DNA of 64,000 nt from a virus (taxonomy: Duplodnaviria; Caudoviricetes): IMG/VR virus record IMGVR_UViG_3300028596_000001; one strand, written 5' to 3'. Numbering within the stretch: the stretch's first letter is position 1; each line of letters begins with the position of its first letter. A program made the position numbers and the translations under genes. Under the pieces are notes generated by a model that did not search any database, was not told where the DNA came from, and was given only the letters and a program-made list of their open reading frames with translations. Shown here one piece after another: positions 26,402 through 36,010 of this stretch.

Positions 26402-27935
26402 CACGTACATCCTCAATAAGGTAAGCGTTAAGTCCCATTTCCATCATGTACGAGTTCCACCATTCGCCAGGCAGACCACGACCTTTATGGATACCGCGAC
26501 GAATGATGTTAGCGTGATTAGCCCAAGGCTTCTCCAACGCAGGCCATTCAAAGCCAGGGAACAACGTAGGCAGAATAGCTTCGTCTTCTGGATTGTTCTG
26601 GAGATCGTCCCAGAAGCTCTCCAGATAGTCGCGTACGGCGTGATCGATACTTACGACCATGCGATACTTGTTCTTCATGTTGACGTCGCCAGAAAGGCTT
26701 ACAGTGCCGTCCTCGGCCATAGTCAAACGATCAGGCATCACCTGGAGGTCTTCAGACCACACGGTTACCAGGAACGGGGACTTGAACTGGGTGAAGATAA
26801 TGTCCCGACGACGCAGGATGTAGTTCTTTACTCGTTCGTTCCATTGGAACCCTGGAATCTCGAAGATACTACCCAGCACTTGGTCCTGTTCGTCCTTAAC
26901 GTTGAGACGCACCTGGAGTACTGGCTGAATCCAATCGCCGCCTGGCATAACCCAAGGATCGTGCAGCGGGAGTTTCAGGTAATAAGGCGCCTGGTACTTA
27001 CGGGTATCAGTGAGTGCCTTACCAAGAGACATCTCCGGGTTTGTCCGGACGTTGAACTTCTGGGTGAAGCCTTCATCAGGACGAGGGATCCAGATGTGGT
27101 CGATCTCATCCTGGTAGACGTTCAGCGGGTATTCCAGTTCCCAACCAACGAACTCTTGGAAGTGGAACATGTACCCCACTTCTACTTCGTACTTACCGAA
27201 CATATCCGCATTGCGGGTTTGCCGCACGGTAGGTTCCTTGAAGGAGATCCCGATGTTATCCAAACGCATCGGTACAACCAAGCGGGTATTGTTCTGTGCC
27301 GGGTCGCTGGCGTACAGGAACGGTACCTTCTTGTATTGGGCGAACCAAGTACCGAAGTCTGGAGTAGTCGGATCGTTCTTTACCAGCAAGCGGTGTACGT
27401 TCTCGAACAACGCGATAATAACGTTGTTGACCACCAGGTGGACCGTAGCACTGAAGTTGAAGTCAACCACTTGTGCCGCTTGTGCCCGGTTGATACGACG
27501 ACGGAACTGGTCTGCAGACTTCGAGCTGTTGAAGTGCGCGATTACCGAGACGTTTACTACCCTGCCCGAGAAGGAAGGGTACATCAACATCGGCTGTTGG
27601 TCATGGGTCATCCATACCGGACGTTCGGTCATCTCCCGACGTTGGTTAGCATAACCACTGTTAAACGGAGTGTCTTCGTATTCAGCTACTACGAAGATCT
27701 TGTTACGGAACATGCCGTCAGTGTACAGGGTGGTACGTTGACCATCTCCTGCACGACTACCCAATACTGGTGCAATGTCATTACGCCCGTTGAAGTAGAT
27801 CTCTGCCGTGGATTCCAGGCCGTAGAACTTCAACATACGACGCAAGGAGTCGAGGACCGCTGGTCGTGAAAACGACTTGTAGTCTTCCTCCGAATACATC
27901 GTTGATTTCAATAGTGCCATATAAACCTCAAGCAA
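26370..27935 (-). CDS. Virion structural protein (phiKZ gp98-like), 521 aa
   Basis: GAGGT SD; size and synteny. Confidence 0.6.
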   Translation of the reverse strand: MLEVYMALLKSTMYSEEDYKSFSRPAVLDSLRRMLKFYGLESTAEIYFNGRNDIAPVLGSRAGDGQRTTLYTDGMFRNKIFVVAEYEDTPFNSGYANQRREMTERPVWMTHDQQPMLMYPSFSGRVVNVSVIAHFNSSKSADQFRRRINRAQAAQVVDFNFSATVHLVVNNVIIALFENVHRLLVKNDPTTPDFGTWFAQYKKVPFLYASDPAQNNTRLVVPMRLDNIGISFKEPTVRQTRNADMFGKYEVEVGYMFHFQEFVGWELEYPLNVYQDEIDHIWIPRPDEGFTQKFNVRTNPEMSLGKALTDTRKYQAPYYLKLPLHDPWVMPGGDWIQPVLQVRLNVKDEQDQVLGSIFEIPGFQWNERVKNYILRRRDIIFTQFKSPFLVTVWSEDLQVMPDRLTMAEDGTVSLSGDVNMKNKYRMVVSIDHAVRDYLESFWDDLQNNPEDEAILPTLFPGFEWPALEKPWANHANIIRRGIHKGRGLPGEWWNSYMMEMGLNAYLIEDVRDVIRYRTPGK

Positions 27936-27939
27936 ATAA

Positions 27940-27972
27940 ACTATAACGGGAGGGGCGACCTCCCGTTATAGT
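27940..27972 (-). terminator. 14-bp hairpin terminator
   Basis: ACTATAACGGGAGG-5 nt-CCTCCCGTTATAGT followed on the minus strand by TTTATTTG. Confidence 0.8.
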
Positions 27973-27978
27973 GAGCTA

Positions 27979-28686
27979 TCAGGACTTCTTCGATTTGAAG
28001 CGAATACCGAAGTTACCGTGCTCGGTACCCACGACGGTGTATTGAGTAACACCATCGTCACTCAGTTCACGCACCGGGTTTGCAGACAGATCTTCGTGCA
28101 CCAGGACTTCAAGACCACCGCACTCTTCAACGTGACGGCAGATCGCATCGACAGCTACGTCAGTCAAGTAGCCATCTACAACGATATCACCAGCTACTTC
28201 GATCGGCTTGCCGAACAGGATGGCAGCATCACGCATTAAAGCAGTGTTGGGGTCGTGCAGTTCTTTGGTAGCTCGTGCATCACGGTCGACAACGATGAAC
28301 GTGAGGGTACCAGTCAGGAACACACTGGTAGGGGCGATAGGAACAACCTCGGTATAGAGGGGTTCGCCATCGAACTCTACCGTGGTGTCACCAACGTTGT
28401 AGTCCACACCGCTGAGCAACGGGAGCCGGAACTGCTGAGAGAAGCGCTGGACAACTGCATCCAACAATTCGCCTTCACCTGCCTCAATACGGAAGATGTT
28501 GTTGTTCAGGCGTTCCGCTGGAGAAACCTTACCGATAGACGCCAGCACGGTTTCGTTATCCAACGTGAGGACTTCTGCTTCGCTCTTGGTTGCATCAATC
28601 GACGTAACCTTACGCAGCTCAGAACCCGGAGGAAGCGCACTGAACAGAATGCCCAGCATGTTTGGATGGACGTTATCAATACCCAT
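27979..28686 (-). CDS. Hypothetical structural protein (235 aa)
   Basis: 1-nt overlap with the upstream gene; contains FSQQFRLPLLSGVDY...IAPTSVFLTG repeat-domain pattern. Confidence 0.6.
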   Translation of the reverse strand: MGIDNVHPNMLGILFSALPPGSELRKVTSIDATKSEAEVLTLDNETVLASIGKVSPAERLNNNIFRIEAGEGELLDAVVQRFSQQFRLPLLSGVDYNVGDTTVEFDGEPLYTEVVPIAPTSVFLTGTLTFIVVDRDARATKELHDPNTALMRDAAILFGKPIEVAGDIVVDGYLTDVAVDAICRHVEECGGLEVLVHEDLSANPVRELSDDGVTQYTVVGTEHGNFGIRFKSKKS

Positions 28687-30182
28687 TATTTCTTCCCTTT
28701 GGTTGCCTTAGGCGCGGCCTTAGCAGCTGGTTTGGCTGCAGGCTTGGCTGCCGGGGCAGCGGCTGGAGCAGCTTCTGGCGCAGCGGCGTCAGTAGTGTTA
28801 CCGCCTTCTTTGGTGAAGATCTTCGGGTTGATACCCTTGATTGCTTTCTGGATACCCTTAACGATCTTGTTCTGCGCACCCGCAGCGACCTTGATTTCCT
28901 TAATGGAAGCCTTGGCCTTAGCGATCTTGTCGGTAACGTTGGACTTGGCGTTATTGGCCACTTCCTTGTTACTGCCGTTCGCAGTAGCAACTTTGCTGTT
29001 GGCTGCCTTGAGTTCGTTCAGAGCGGTTTGGGCTTTGGTCAACTTCTCGTTGATTTTGCTACCCTTGCCGACCTGCTTGTTCAAGATAGCCTGCAGACCG
29101 TCGATAACCCGGCTAGCGTCAGCAGCGGTATTCAGACCAGCTACGACCTTGCCCATGGCACCGGTGGTGTCAACTTGGGCTGCCAGAGCGAGAATACCTT
29201 TCTTGGCTGCGTCGTTAATACGAGCGCCCTTGTTAGGCATCGCCTGAATAGCCTTTTTGTTGTTCTCACCTACGTCTTCGGCTTCCTTGGATTCTTCCTC
29301 AGCCTTGTCGGAAGAGAACAGATCAAAGAACGACTTCAGCGCATCCCGGCACCACTCGTAGGCAGCGGTACCCATCTCCTTGATGGAGTCCAGGAAACCT
29401 TCTTCGTTACCCTGGTAAGCACGCAGCTTGAGGTCGTTGGCGAAGAACACACCGGCAGCATATTTAGCCGCAGGGGTATCACGTCCGCTCAGGAGATCTT
29501 CCATCCCTTCCAGAACAGCGATAGGGTGATCGAGCTGGCAACCGCATTCACACCCAGCATGGCCGCCGCATTCGTTGCCCTGGATAACGAAGTCATCCGG
29601 CTCCAGCGGGTAGACGTCTTGGTAGTCAGCAGGGGCGAACTCTTCCACACCGGCCAGCATGCCACGATGGGTAGTGACGAACACATCGACGATTTCCAGG
29701 ATCTTCTCGGCGTAAGTGAAACGCGAGATGTGGAATTGCAGGGCGTCGCATTCCTCTTCCCGATCGAAACGCTCAGCGATGTTGTCGAGGAGGTCGTTGG
29801 CTTCATTAACCCACAGGTTAACACCCGACTCTTCGTCTGCGTCGTTTACCTTGTTACCCAAAGCACACACAGTAATCGCAATGCTGCGCGAGTCTTCACG
29901 GATAGCGTTGTGAAAGTCCGCATGCAGTTTGATCAGGTAGGTGTTGAGTACTTCGTTTACCTTCAGCTCGGAAGCGTCGTAGTAACCGATCGAGTTACGC
30001 ATGTGATCGATGATCTGGTGGGCCCGGCGTTTAACTGCCTGGTTATCCATCTCATCGAAGTAGCCGTTGTCGTAACCCAGGGTGTTCAGGACGCGCCAGA
30101 GAGCTGGGTTGTTTTCGCTAGTAGGACGAACCGAGGTGCCGAGCATAACACCAAGGAGTCCAAGTTCCATTAAAGTACGCAC
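28686..30182 (-). CDS. Inner-body/ejection head protein paralog (498 aa) with Cys-rich propeptide and Ala/Lys/Pro-rich tail
   Basis: Five G-x-E sites, last one YQGNE followed by an amphipathic helix; C-terminal AAPAAKPAAKPAAKAAPKATKGKK. Confidence 0.7.
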   Translation of the reverse strand: MRTLMELGLLGVMLGTSVRPTSENNPALWRVLNTLGYDNGYFDEMDNQAVKRRAHQIIDHMRNSIGYYDASELKVNEVLNTYLIKLHADFHNAIREDSRSIAITVCALGNKVNDADEESGVNLWVNEANDLLDNIAERFDREEECDALQFHISRFTYAEKILEIVDVFVTTHRGMLAGVEEFAPADYQDVYPLEPDDFVIQGNECGGHAGCECGCQLDHPIAVLEGMEDLLSGRDTPAAKYAAGVFFANDLKLRAYQGNEEGFLDSIKEMGTAAYEWCRDALKSFFDLFSSDKAEEESKEAEDVGENNKKAIQAMPNKGARINDAAKKGILALAAQVDTTGAMGKVVAGLNTAADASRVIDGLQAILNKQVGKGSKINEKLTKAQTALNELKAANSKVATANGSNKEVANNAKSNVTDKIAKAKASIKEIKVAAGAQNKIVKGIQKAIKGINPKIFTKEGGNTTDAAAPEAAPAAAPAAKPAAKPAAKAAPKATKGKK

Positions 30183-30193
30183 TGGTTTATTCC

Positions 30194-30619
30194 TTATTCA
30201 ATGAAGACCGAAACGATGCCGGAGTACAGAACTGCTCGACGAGCATCGATAATCATAACACCTTCCATCAAACACAAATCTACTTCTTCGCGGGGAAGAT
30301 CGTACAAGCCCACCAAACGCTTCCAGTTGGTGAAATGCACACCGAGTGTGTCCATGGCAGGAACAGAGTCAGGAAACCCCTCAGAAACGATTTCAGGGGC
30401 TCCTGTGGGCATTTCAGTAATGCAATCACCGAACTCAATGTCAACAACACTTTGGTTGGTATTGTCGAACAGTTTACCGAGATCTACCTTCTTGATAAAC
30501 AGTGGGCCATTGGCGTTGACGAACTTGAACAGCTTGTCATTAACCGGGGTCACCGTACCGTAAAGATCGTCAGTGAACTTACCGACGATCTTTTTCAGGC
30601 TAAGGGTTTCGAGTCTCAT
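30194..30619 (-). CDS. Hypothetical protein (141 aa)
   Basis: ATGA overlap with the upstream gene; GAGGA SD. Confidence 0.65.
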   Translation of the reverse strand: MRLETLSLKKIVGKFTDDLYGTVTPVNDKLFKFVNANGPLFIKKVDLGKLFDNTNQSVVDIEFGDCITEMPTGAPEIVSEGFPDSVPAMDTLGVHFTNWKRLVGLYDLPREEVDLCLMEGVMIIDARRAVLYSGIVSVFIE

Positions 30620-31713
30620 TTAGCGTCCTCGGTCTTTGCTTCGCTACCATCTTTCTTCACAGCAGCGTTAGCTACGGACAGTGCCGCGTTAATTGCTCTA
30701 TAAAGAAGAGTTTCCAGCAGCTTGATGTTAGCCATGTTGGTGGTCAGCGTCTGCTTAACCTTGTCGGCCAAAGCTTTAGCTGCAGCTTCGTTTTCCAGCT
30801 CCAACGAATTACCCAGCTTGAGGGCATCGTTAACACGCTGAACAAACACGTTTTCCATTTCCACCACTTCTTTGGTGAATTCACCATAAAGATTGTTGGT
30901 GGTTTGGATGGCGCCCAGAATGTTCTCTACGACACTGACTGTAGCTTTGAAGGTAAGGCCCTTAGCACTACGACCAATCTTGGGATTAGCATTGGTAATA
31001 AGTTTACCACCCTTGCCGTGCCCCAGAATGACACCGGCCAGGAAAGGGCCTGGTTTGATAACCTCGGCCAACTTGGTAGTGAACACTGTTTCGGCTTTGG
31101 CCATGTCTTCTTTAGCCTTGCTCAGCTGAGCATGGTTAATCAGTACAGTCCCGATAGCACCAGTGTGTTCCTTGAGCGCTTTGATATACCCACGCCCTTC
31201 ATTCTTGATAGCGTTTTCAATTTCGGTCAGCTTGCTTTTGATCCAACCGATATCGTGCCCAGGTTTACCCTCGGCGTTCCAGATGAACTGGTAGTCTTTA
31301 GGGTAAGGGATATCACCCTCTTTAACACCCTTGATCTTGATGGTCTTCTCCAGCTTGTCAGCGGTCTGGTCAACCATGCGTTGTTTGCTGGTGAAGAAAC
31401 TGAAGACCCACTTGAAGAACTTCTTGATGTTCTCGACGATCCAGGTCAGACCATTTTTAATACCGCCCCAAATACCCTCGTTACCAGAGTACAGGCTAAC
31501 GTCACGACGAACTGCTGGCATGTGAGTCATCACCCACTGGTAGTAACCTTCGGTACCGGTTACGTCAGCTTTGGTGTCGTACTCATCAGACAGTTCTTCT
31601 ACTTCTTCCTCTGCGTGTTCCGCAGGTTCTTTGGCGTGTTCGGTTTCCCACAGTTCCATAACTGTAGGAGTGTTCACATAACGAAGTGGCAACACATATT
31701 CAGACATGTTCAT
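30616..31713 (-). CDS. Inner-body/ejection head protein paralog (365 aa)
   Basis: Acidic propeptide, TGTEG and SGNEG sites, then IWGGIKNGLTWIVENIKKFFKWVFSFF amphipathic helix. Confidence 0.72.
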   Translation of the reverse strand: MNMSEYVLPLRYVNTPTVMELWETEHAKEPAEHAEEEVEELSDEYDTKADVTGTEGYYQWVMTHMPAVRRDVSLYSGNEGIWGGIKNGLTWIVENIKKFFKWVFSFFTSKQRMVDQTADKLEKTIKIKGVKEGDIPYPKDYQFIWNAEGKPGHDIGWIKSKLTEIENAIKNEGRGYIKALKEHTGAIGTVLINHAQLSKAKEDMAKAETVFTTKLAEVIKPGPFLAGVILGHGKGGKLITNANPKIGRSAKGLTFKATVSVVENILGAIQTTNNLYGEFTKEVVEMENVFVQRVNDALKLGNSLELENEAAAKALADKVKQTLTTNMANIKLLETLLYRAINAALSVANAAVKKDGSEAKTEDAK

Positions 31714-31781
31714 ATACCCTTGAGAATAAACGAAGGCAACCTATAGCATTTCAACGAAAATGCAAAAAAAAAGAAACATAA

Positions 31782-31815
31782 ATAACCTATCGGGGCCAAC
31801 GCCCCGATAGGTTAT
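31782..31815 (-). terminator. 15-bp hairpin terminator
   Basis: ATAACCTATCGGGGC-CAAC-GCCCCGATAGGTTAT; T-rich tract follows on the minus strand. Confidence 0.88.
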
Positions 31816-31845
31816 CCGTTACGCAGGTATTACTTAAGCCGAGGC

Positions 31846-33138
31846 TTAAGCGTTACCGAAGCCCAGGTGGGCAGCAACGCCGTCCAGCACAGCGCCGGCG
31901 CGGTTGGTGGCGTGACGGTCGAGGACCGCAGCAACCTTGGCAACCAGGGCGTAGGTGGCTTTAACCACGTTCACCTTGCCGTTAACATCGGACTCTTTGT
32001 CGGAGTCACCAGCTTTGATGTTGTTCAGCTTGCCGATGATCTGGTCACGGGTGCTGTTGGTGGCTTTGCTGGCCAGCTTGTCGTCGCGCAGAACGGCGAG
32101 ACCGGCTTTCACGCCGTCCAGAGCAGCAGTCAGACCGGACTTGTCGACTTTGGCCTTGGTTTCGCCAGTGCTCAGTTTCTTGGCTTCCGGCGCCTTCATC
32201 ACGTTGATGCTGACGGAACGGATCGCGGTGGCAGCTTCGGCGAACGAGGTGATGGTTGGCTCGGAGAACGAAGCCGACATACGGACACCAGCGCGCTGGG
32301 AAACGATGACGTCTTTCGAACCTTGCTTCTTCTCGTTGTACTTGCCGAAGTCCTTGGCGTCGGCCTTGAACTGCGAGGTCATGCTGTCGTAGGCGGTCTT
32401 CAGACCGGCAACGGTCATGCCGTCAACCTTGCCAGCTTCAGCGGCCAGGCCGTCAACGCTGTTACGGGTACCGGTCATGCCGCCCTTGTCTTTCTTCGAA
32501 GCGTTGGCCAGGCCATCGTTCGCGTAGTCGACGTAGACGTTCCAGCCGCCGAGCTTGATCTTGTCTTTGATCTTGCCGCCGCCGTTCAGGCGTTTGCGCA
32601 GCTGATCTTCACGACGAGCCAGGGCATCGACCTTGCTGCGCATGGAGACGAAGAAGTTGATGATGGTGTTGAAGATGTGCTTGATGAAAGCAACAGCTTT
32701 GGCACCCCAGTTCTTCAGGGTCTCACCGATGGCTTCGATACCGGTGCGGGCCATCAGGTTGGCGGTGGCAGCATCGGACATCGACTCGGCACCAACGCGG
32801 TCACCGGCGTATTCGCAGCCGAGCTTGCCGGCCAGGCGCAGAGCGCGGTTGTAGGTGTTGGAGAAGGCGATGGAGTTGAAGTTGCCGCTGTTCAGCATGG
32901 ATTCCATGCCTTCAACGGATTCTTCCAGATCTTCCACGGTTTCTTCCAGGTCTTCGACCTTGTCGACCAGCTGGACGATTTCAGCGGTTTGCTCTTCGAT
33001 GACAGCGGTCAGTTCGCTGACTTCGGCCACAACGGCTGCTTCTTCGGCATCACCAACGATGGTTGGGGAGTGTTGGCCTTCTTCGGCCAGGCCCAGTTCT
33101 TCGGCGCCCATGTATTGCAGAAGCGGATCAAAGCTCAT
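31846..33138 (-). CDS. High-copy inner-body protein (phiKZ gp93 / SPN3US gp53-54 family, phiKZ_IP-like), 430 aa
   Basis: Very acidic propeptide with MGAEE, EGMES, VGAES, TGIEA; basic helical mature part; codon bias as strong as the MCP; own terminator. Confidence 0.8.
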   Translation of the reverse strand: MSFDPLLQYMGAEELGLAEEGQHSPTIVGDAEEAAVVAEVSELTAVIEEQTAEIVQLVDKVEDLEETVEDLEESVEGMESMLNSGNFNSIAFSNTYNRALRLAGKLGCEYAGDRVGAESMSDAATANLMARTGIEAIGETLKNWGAKAVAFIKHIFNTIINFFVSMRSKVDALARREDQLRKRLNGGGKIKDKIKLGGWNVYVDYANDGLANASKKDKGGMTGTRNSVDGLAAEAGKVDGMTVAGLKTAYDSMTSQFKADAKDFGKYNEKKQGSKDVIVSQRAGVRMSASFSEPTITSFAEAATAIRSVSINVMKAPEAKKLSTGETKAKVDKSGLTAALDGVKAGLAVLRDDKLASKATNSTRDQIIGKLNNIKAGDSDKESDVNGKVNVVKATYALVAKVAAVLDRHATNRAGAVLDGVAAHLGFGNA

Positions 33139-33186
33139 GATGTTACCCTTTTTCGTTAACGAAAGGAAAGTGTGTTTGGAAACGTT

Positions 33187-34191
33187 TCACACGAAGACAC
33201 CCAGTACACCATGAATGTACCGGTCAGTATAGCTGATTACTCGAGGAGTGAATCCGCTATAAAATGCGAGAGCTGCTGGTTCACCACCTAGCAAACGCTC
33301 TGCATCATTCTGAGCACTCTTGCTCACTTTCTCCAACTTACCCATGTTGCCTTCAACAGTCTTGACCATTTCGCCCCAGGACTTGATGAAAGACAGGTAA
33401 CTGTCGAAAGTATTTTTAAAGCGTTTGTGCATGTTGTTCACTTTGTCCAGCTTAACCAACAAAGCGTTGACTTCAGACTTGGACATGTTGACGCTTTCGG
33501 CTTGACCCTCAGGTCCGTCACCGTTCATAAGATATTTGTGAGCACTAACCTCATACTCCATAACCTTACTACCAGGCAATATGGCCGACCGATAGATTCC
33601 TCCATCGTGACGGGGGAAGTCCAACACCGGATACTTCAAAGCTTCGTACTTGTCGATCACCTTGTAGATATCTTCGGTCGTGGATACATTCCGCAGCCCA
33701 CGTAGAACACCCATACGGGCATCCAGGAAGGTGAGGAGATCCTTACCATGTTTATCGATGATTTCCAACGTGTGGATAAGAGTATCCATATCCTTGGACA
33801 GGTCACCAATCTCTCCATCGCTGGTCAATTGCTTAACTTTGTCTTTGGAGAACTTGATTTCGTGTTCTTCCGAACGCGAGAACTGTTGGATGATCTTCTT
33901 GATCAACACGTCGTTATCACTGAAAGCACGGATGAGCAGTTTACCGGCTCCTCCCAATACAGTGGCGAAAGCGCCGACGGTCTTACCGCCTACCCAGCCT
34001 ACTGTAGTGAGCAAACCACCGCCCAGAGTCCCCATGCCTTCGCCTAGCGTCCCTAATACTTCTTGGTAACCTTCGTTACCAGTAACTGCGTTCTGTACAT
34101 GCACGGCGAGCCTGGTGAGCTCATGGAGTTCGTACGCCATATCAGCGTGATTCTCCATACCCTGTGCATATAACAGTTTCAACTCGCTCAT
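33187..34191 (-). CDS. Inner-body head protein paralog (334 aa)
   Basis: QGMEN and TGNEG sites, then a Gly-rich amphipathic segment. Confidence 0.7.
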   Translation of the reverse strand: MSELKLLYAQGMENHADMAYELHELTRLAVHVQNAVTGNEGYQEVLGTLGEGMGTLGGGLLTTVGWVGGKTVGAFATVLGGAGKLLIRAFSDNDVLIKKIIQQFSRSEEHEIKFSKDKVKQLTSDGEIGDLSKDMDTLIHTLEIIDKHGKDLLTFLDARMGVLRGLRNVSTTEDIYKVIDKYEALKYPVLDFPRHDGGIYRSAILPGSKVMEYEVSAHKYLMNGDGPEGQAESVNMSKSEVNALLVKLDKVNNMHKRFKNTFDSYLSFIKSWGEMVKTVEGNMGKLEKVSKSAQNDAERLLGGEPAALAFYSGFTPRVISYTDRYIHGVLGVFV

Positions 34192-34200
34192 GCAGCCCCC

Positions 34201-35511
34201 TTATTCTGGGAGGTTAACAGTGATCGACGTATTGCACAGTTCAATCAAACCATTGAAGATCAGCACCAGGTAGTTGTTAACAGCCGCACGGTTAACCAGC
34301 AGCTCTACCTGATTCTTCCGAACAATGGAAGTAAACGCGGTCTGGACTTTGTCCTTCATATCATCGGACATTGGCGACTCATAGATACCTTTGACGATAT
34401 CGTTGAAGTCGTTGTCGTTGATCTTGTAACGGTCCATACCTTCTGTGGTTTTACGCCAAGCCTTGAGGGTCTCGCGCATGAGCTTGACCAGTGTCTTGAT
34501 CGTGTCGCTAGAAAGCGTCTTGATCGCAGCACCGATCTTTGGATACTCAACCGGAGAGTTGTTCTCGAACCCGACCATGTCCAGATCGATGTAACCTTGG
34601 ACGTAACCGATTACCTGCTCGATGCTGGTAGGAGAGGTATTAACCTTTTCCTGACGCACATCGAGGAAGTAAGCACCACCCATAAGTTCTACCGACTGCT
34701 TGGCTACTACGCTCGAAGTAGTGTGATCCTTGTTAGGATACGAGCACTCTTTGAAGCGAGCCGAAACAATCGACTTAGGCAGCAACAGGAAACGTTCCTT
34801 GGCTTCGTCGTCCGTCAGTCCATCGAACCCACCGAAGTAACTCAGTGTGTTGTTCAGGACTGCACGGTTGGCCAGGTAATAGTTGTTGGTGAGGGCCGAG
34901 ATCGTGGCATTCAGTTTAGTGAGACCACTAACCCAGTCCTCGTTAACCTTACCACCAACCTTGAACTGGTTGAACAGTCGGGTACCCAGCAGGATGGTGT
35001 CGGTGCCAGCTTTGAAGCTAGGCGCGGCGTTGATGTCCTTTTCCAGGATATCGATCAACGACTCCAAACTTTCCGTCGACTGGGTAAACAACAGGTAGGA
35101 TTCACGGAAACCAATACCGATCTGAGCGGATATCTCCTTAGCCTTGCGGTAGAAGTCCCCCAGGAAGCTCTCACAGCCCTGTAGACGCGTTCTGATGAAT
35201 ACTGCGGGCATCAGAGTGTGTCCGAGGCATTCGACGCCCTGAACCTGTCCCAGCTCGTCTGCAGGAATATCCACATCCGAACGGGTCAGGTAGTTGTCCA
35301 TTTGTTTGGCCAACGGGACGTCGAGCTTGTGCTCGTCGATATTGGTCAACACTTTCTTGACCAGCTCAACACGGTCTTTACGGTCGTCCAGTCGTTCCTG
35401 AAGGATTTGCAAAGCAGCCGTGTCTTGCGCCTTCTCTACCAGCTCAGCAGATTTGACTGTACTGATAACAGCCATTTCTGCTGCAAGCTGCAGATCATTT
35501 GCGTCAGGCAT
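34201..35511 (-). CDS. Inner-body head protein paralog (about 436 aa; phiKZ gp92 position)
   Basis: ATG 35511 with GGAG SD; QGVEC and QGCES sites. Confidence 0.7.
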   Translation of the reverse strand: MPDANDLQLAAEMAVISTVKSAELVEKAQDTAALQILQERLDDRKDRVELVKKVLTNIDEHKLDVPLAKQMDNYLTRSDVDIPADELGQVQGVECLGHTLMPAVFIRTRLQGCESFLGDFYRKAKEISAQIGIGFRESYLLFTQSTESLESLIDILEKDINAAPSFKAGTDTILLGTRLFNQFKVGGKVNEDWVSGLTKLNATISALTNNYYLANRAVLNNTLSYFGGFDGLTDDEAKERFLLLPKSIVSARFKECSYPNKDHTTSSVVAKQSVELMGGAYFLDVRQEKVNTSPTSIEQVIGYVQGYIDLDMVGFENNSPVEYPKIGAAIKTLSSDTIKTLVKLMRETLKAWRKTTEGMDRYKINDNDFNDIVKGIYESPMSDDMKDKVQTAFTSIVRKNQVELLVNRAAVNNYLVLIFNGLIELCNTSITVNLPE

Positions 35512-36010
35512 AGTAGGACTCCCCGCCGTGCAGCAAGAAGATCCGCCCCACAGCAATAGGTCCGATGCCAGCCAACAGACGATAGAGATCGAAGTCGAAC
35601 AGCTTCAGCCCATTCTTGAGCAGAGGATCCAGGGAACTGCCTTCACGACCAGTAGGGGTATAAACCGCATCGTGGTAGTGTGACAGGTTCTTCATCCGCT
35701 CTTCGTGGATGCTGATTGAGGTGTTGATCGACAGGTGCCCGATCTTACCATTGAGGTAGTTCAGGATATCCCGCACCAGCCCAGCCAGAGGACCATCAGC
35801 GTTAGCACGCAGCCACTGGGAGAACGTGTCACCGGTCAGGCGACGTACCAAACGAATGATCTCAACAGGAACGTGGCCCTTGAGGACCATGTTGAAATCT
35901 ACCAAACTATCCCGACGCAAGGCAGCAAGGTTTTTGAAGATGGTGGCCATCTCCGCATCGTTGACTTGGTCGAAGAAGAAACCATTGGGGCCCATCCGAT
36001 AAGCAGTCAT
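35504..36010 (-). CDS. Conserved hypothetical/virion protein (168 aa; phiKZ gp91 position)
   Basis: TGATG overlap; synteny. Confidence 0.6.
   Translation of the reverse strand: MTAYRMGPNGFFFDQVNDAEMATIFKNLAALRRDSLVDFNMVLKGHVPVEIIRLVRRLTGDTFSQWLRANADGPLAGLVRDILNYLNGKIGHLSINTSISIHEERMKNLSHYHDAVYTPTGREGSSLDPLLKNGLKLFDFDLYRLLAGIGPIAVGRIFLLHGGESYYA

Noticed and set aside
34201-35556. ORF-track starts at 35556, 39059, 53089, 26416, 17713, 12364 and 2898
   Set aside because: Downstream ATGs (35511, 39107, 53125, 26401, 17698, 12328, 2820) have better SDs or coupling overlaps.
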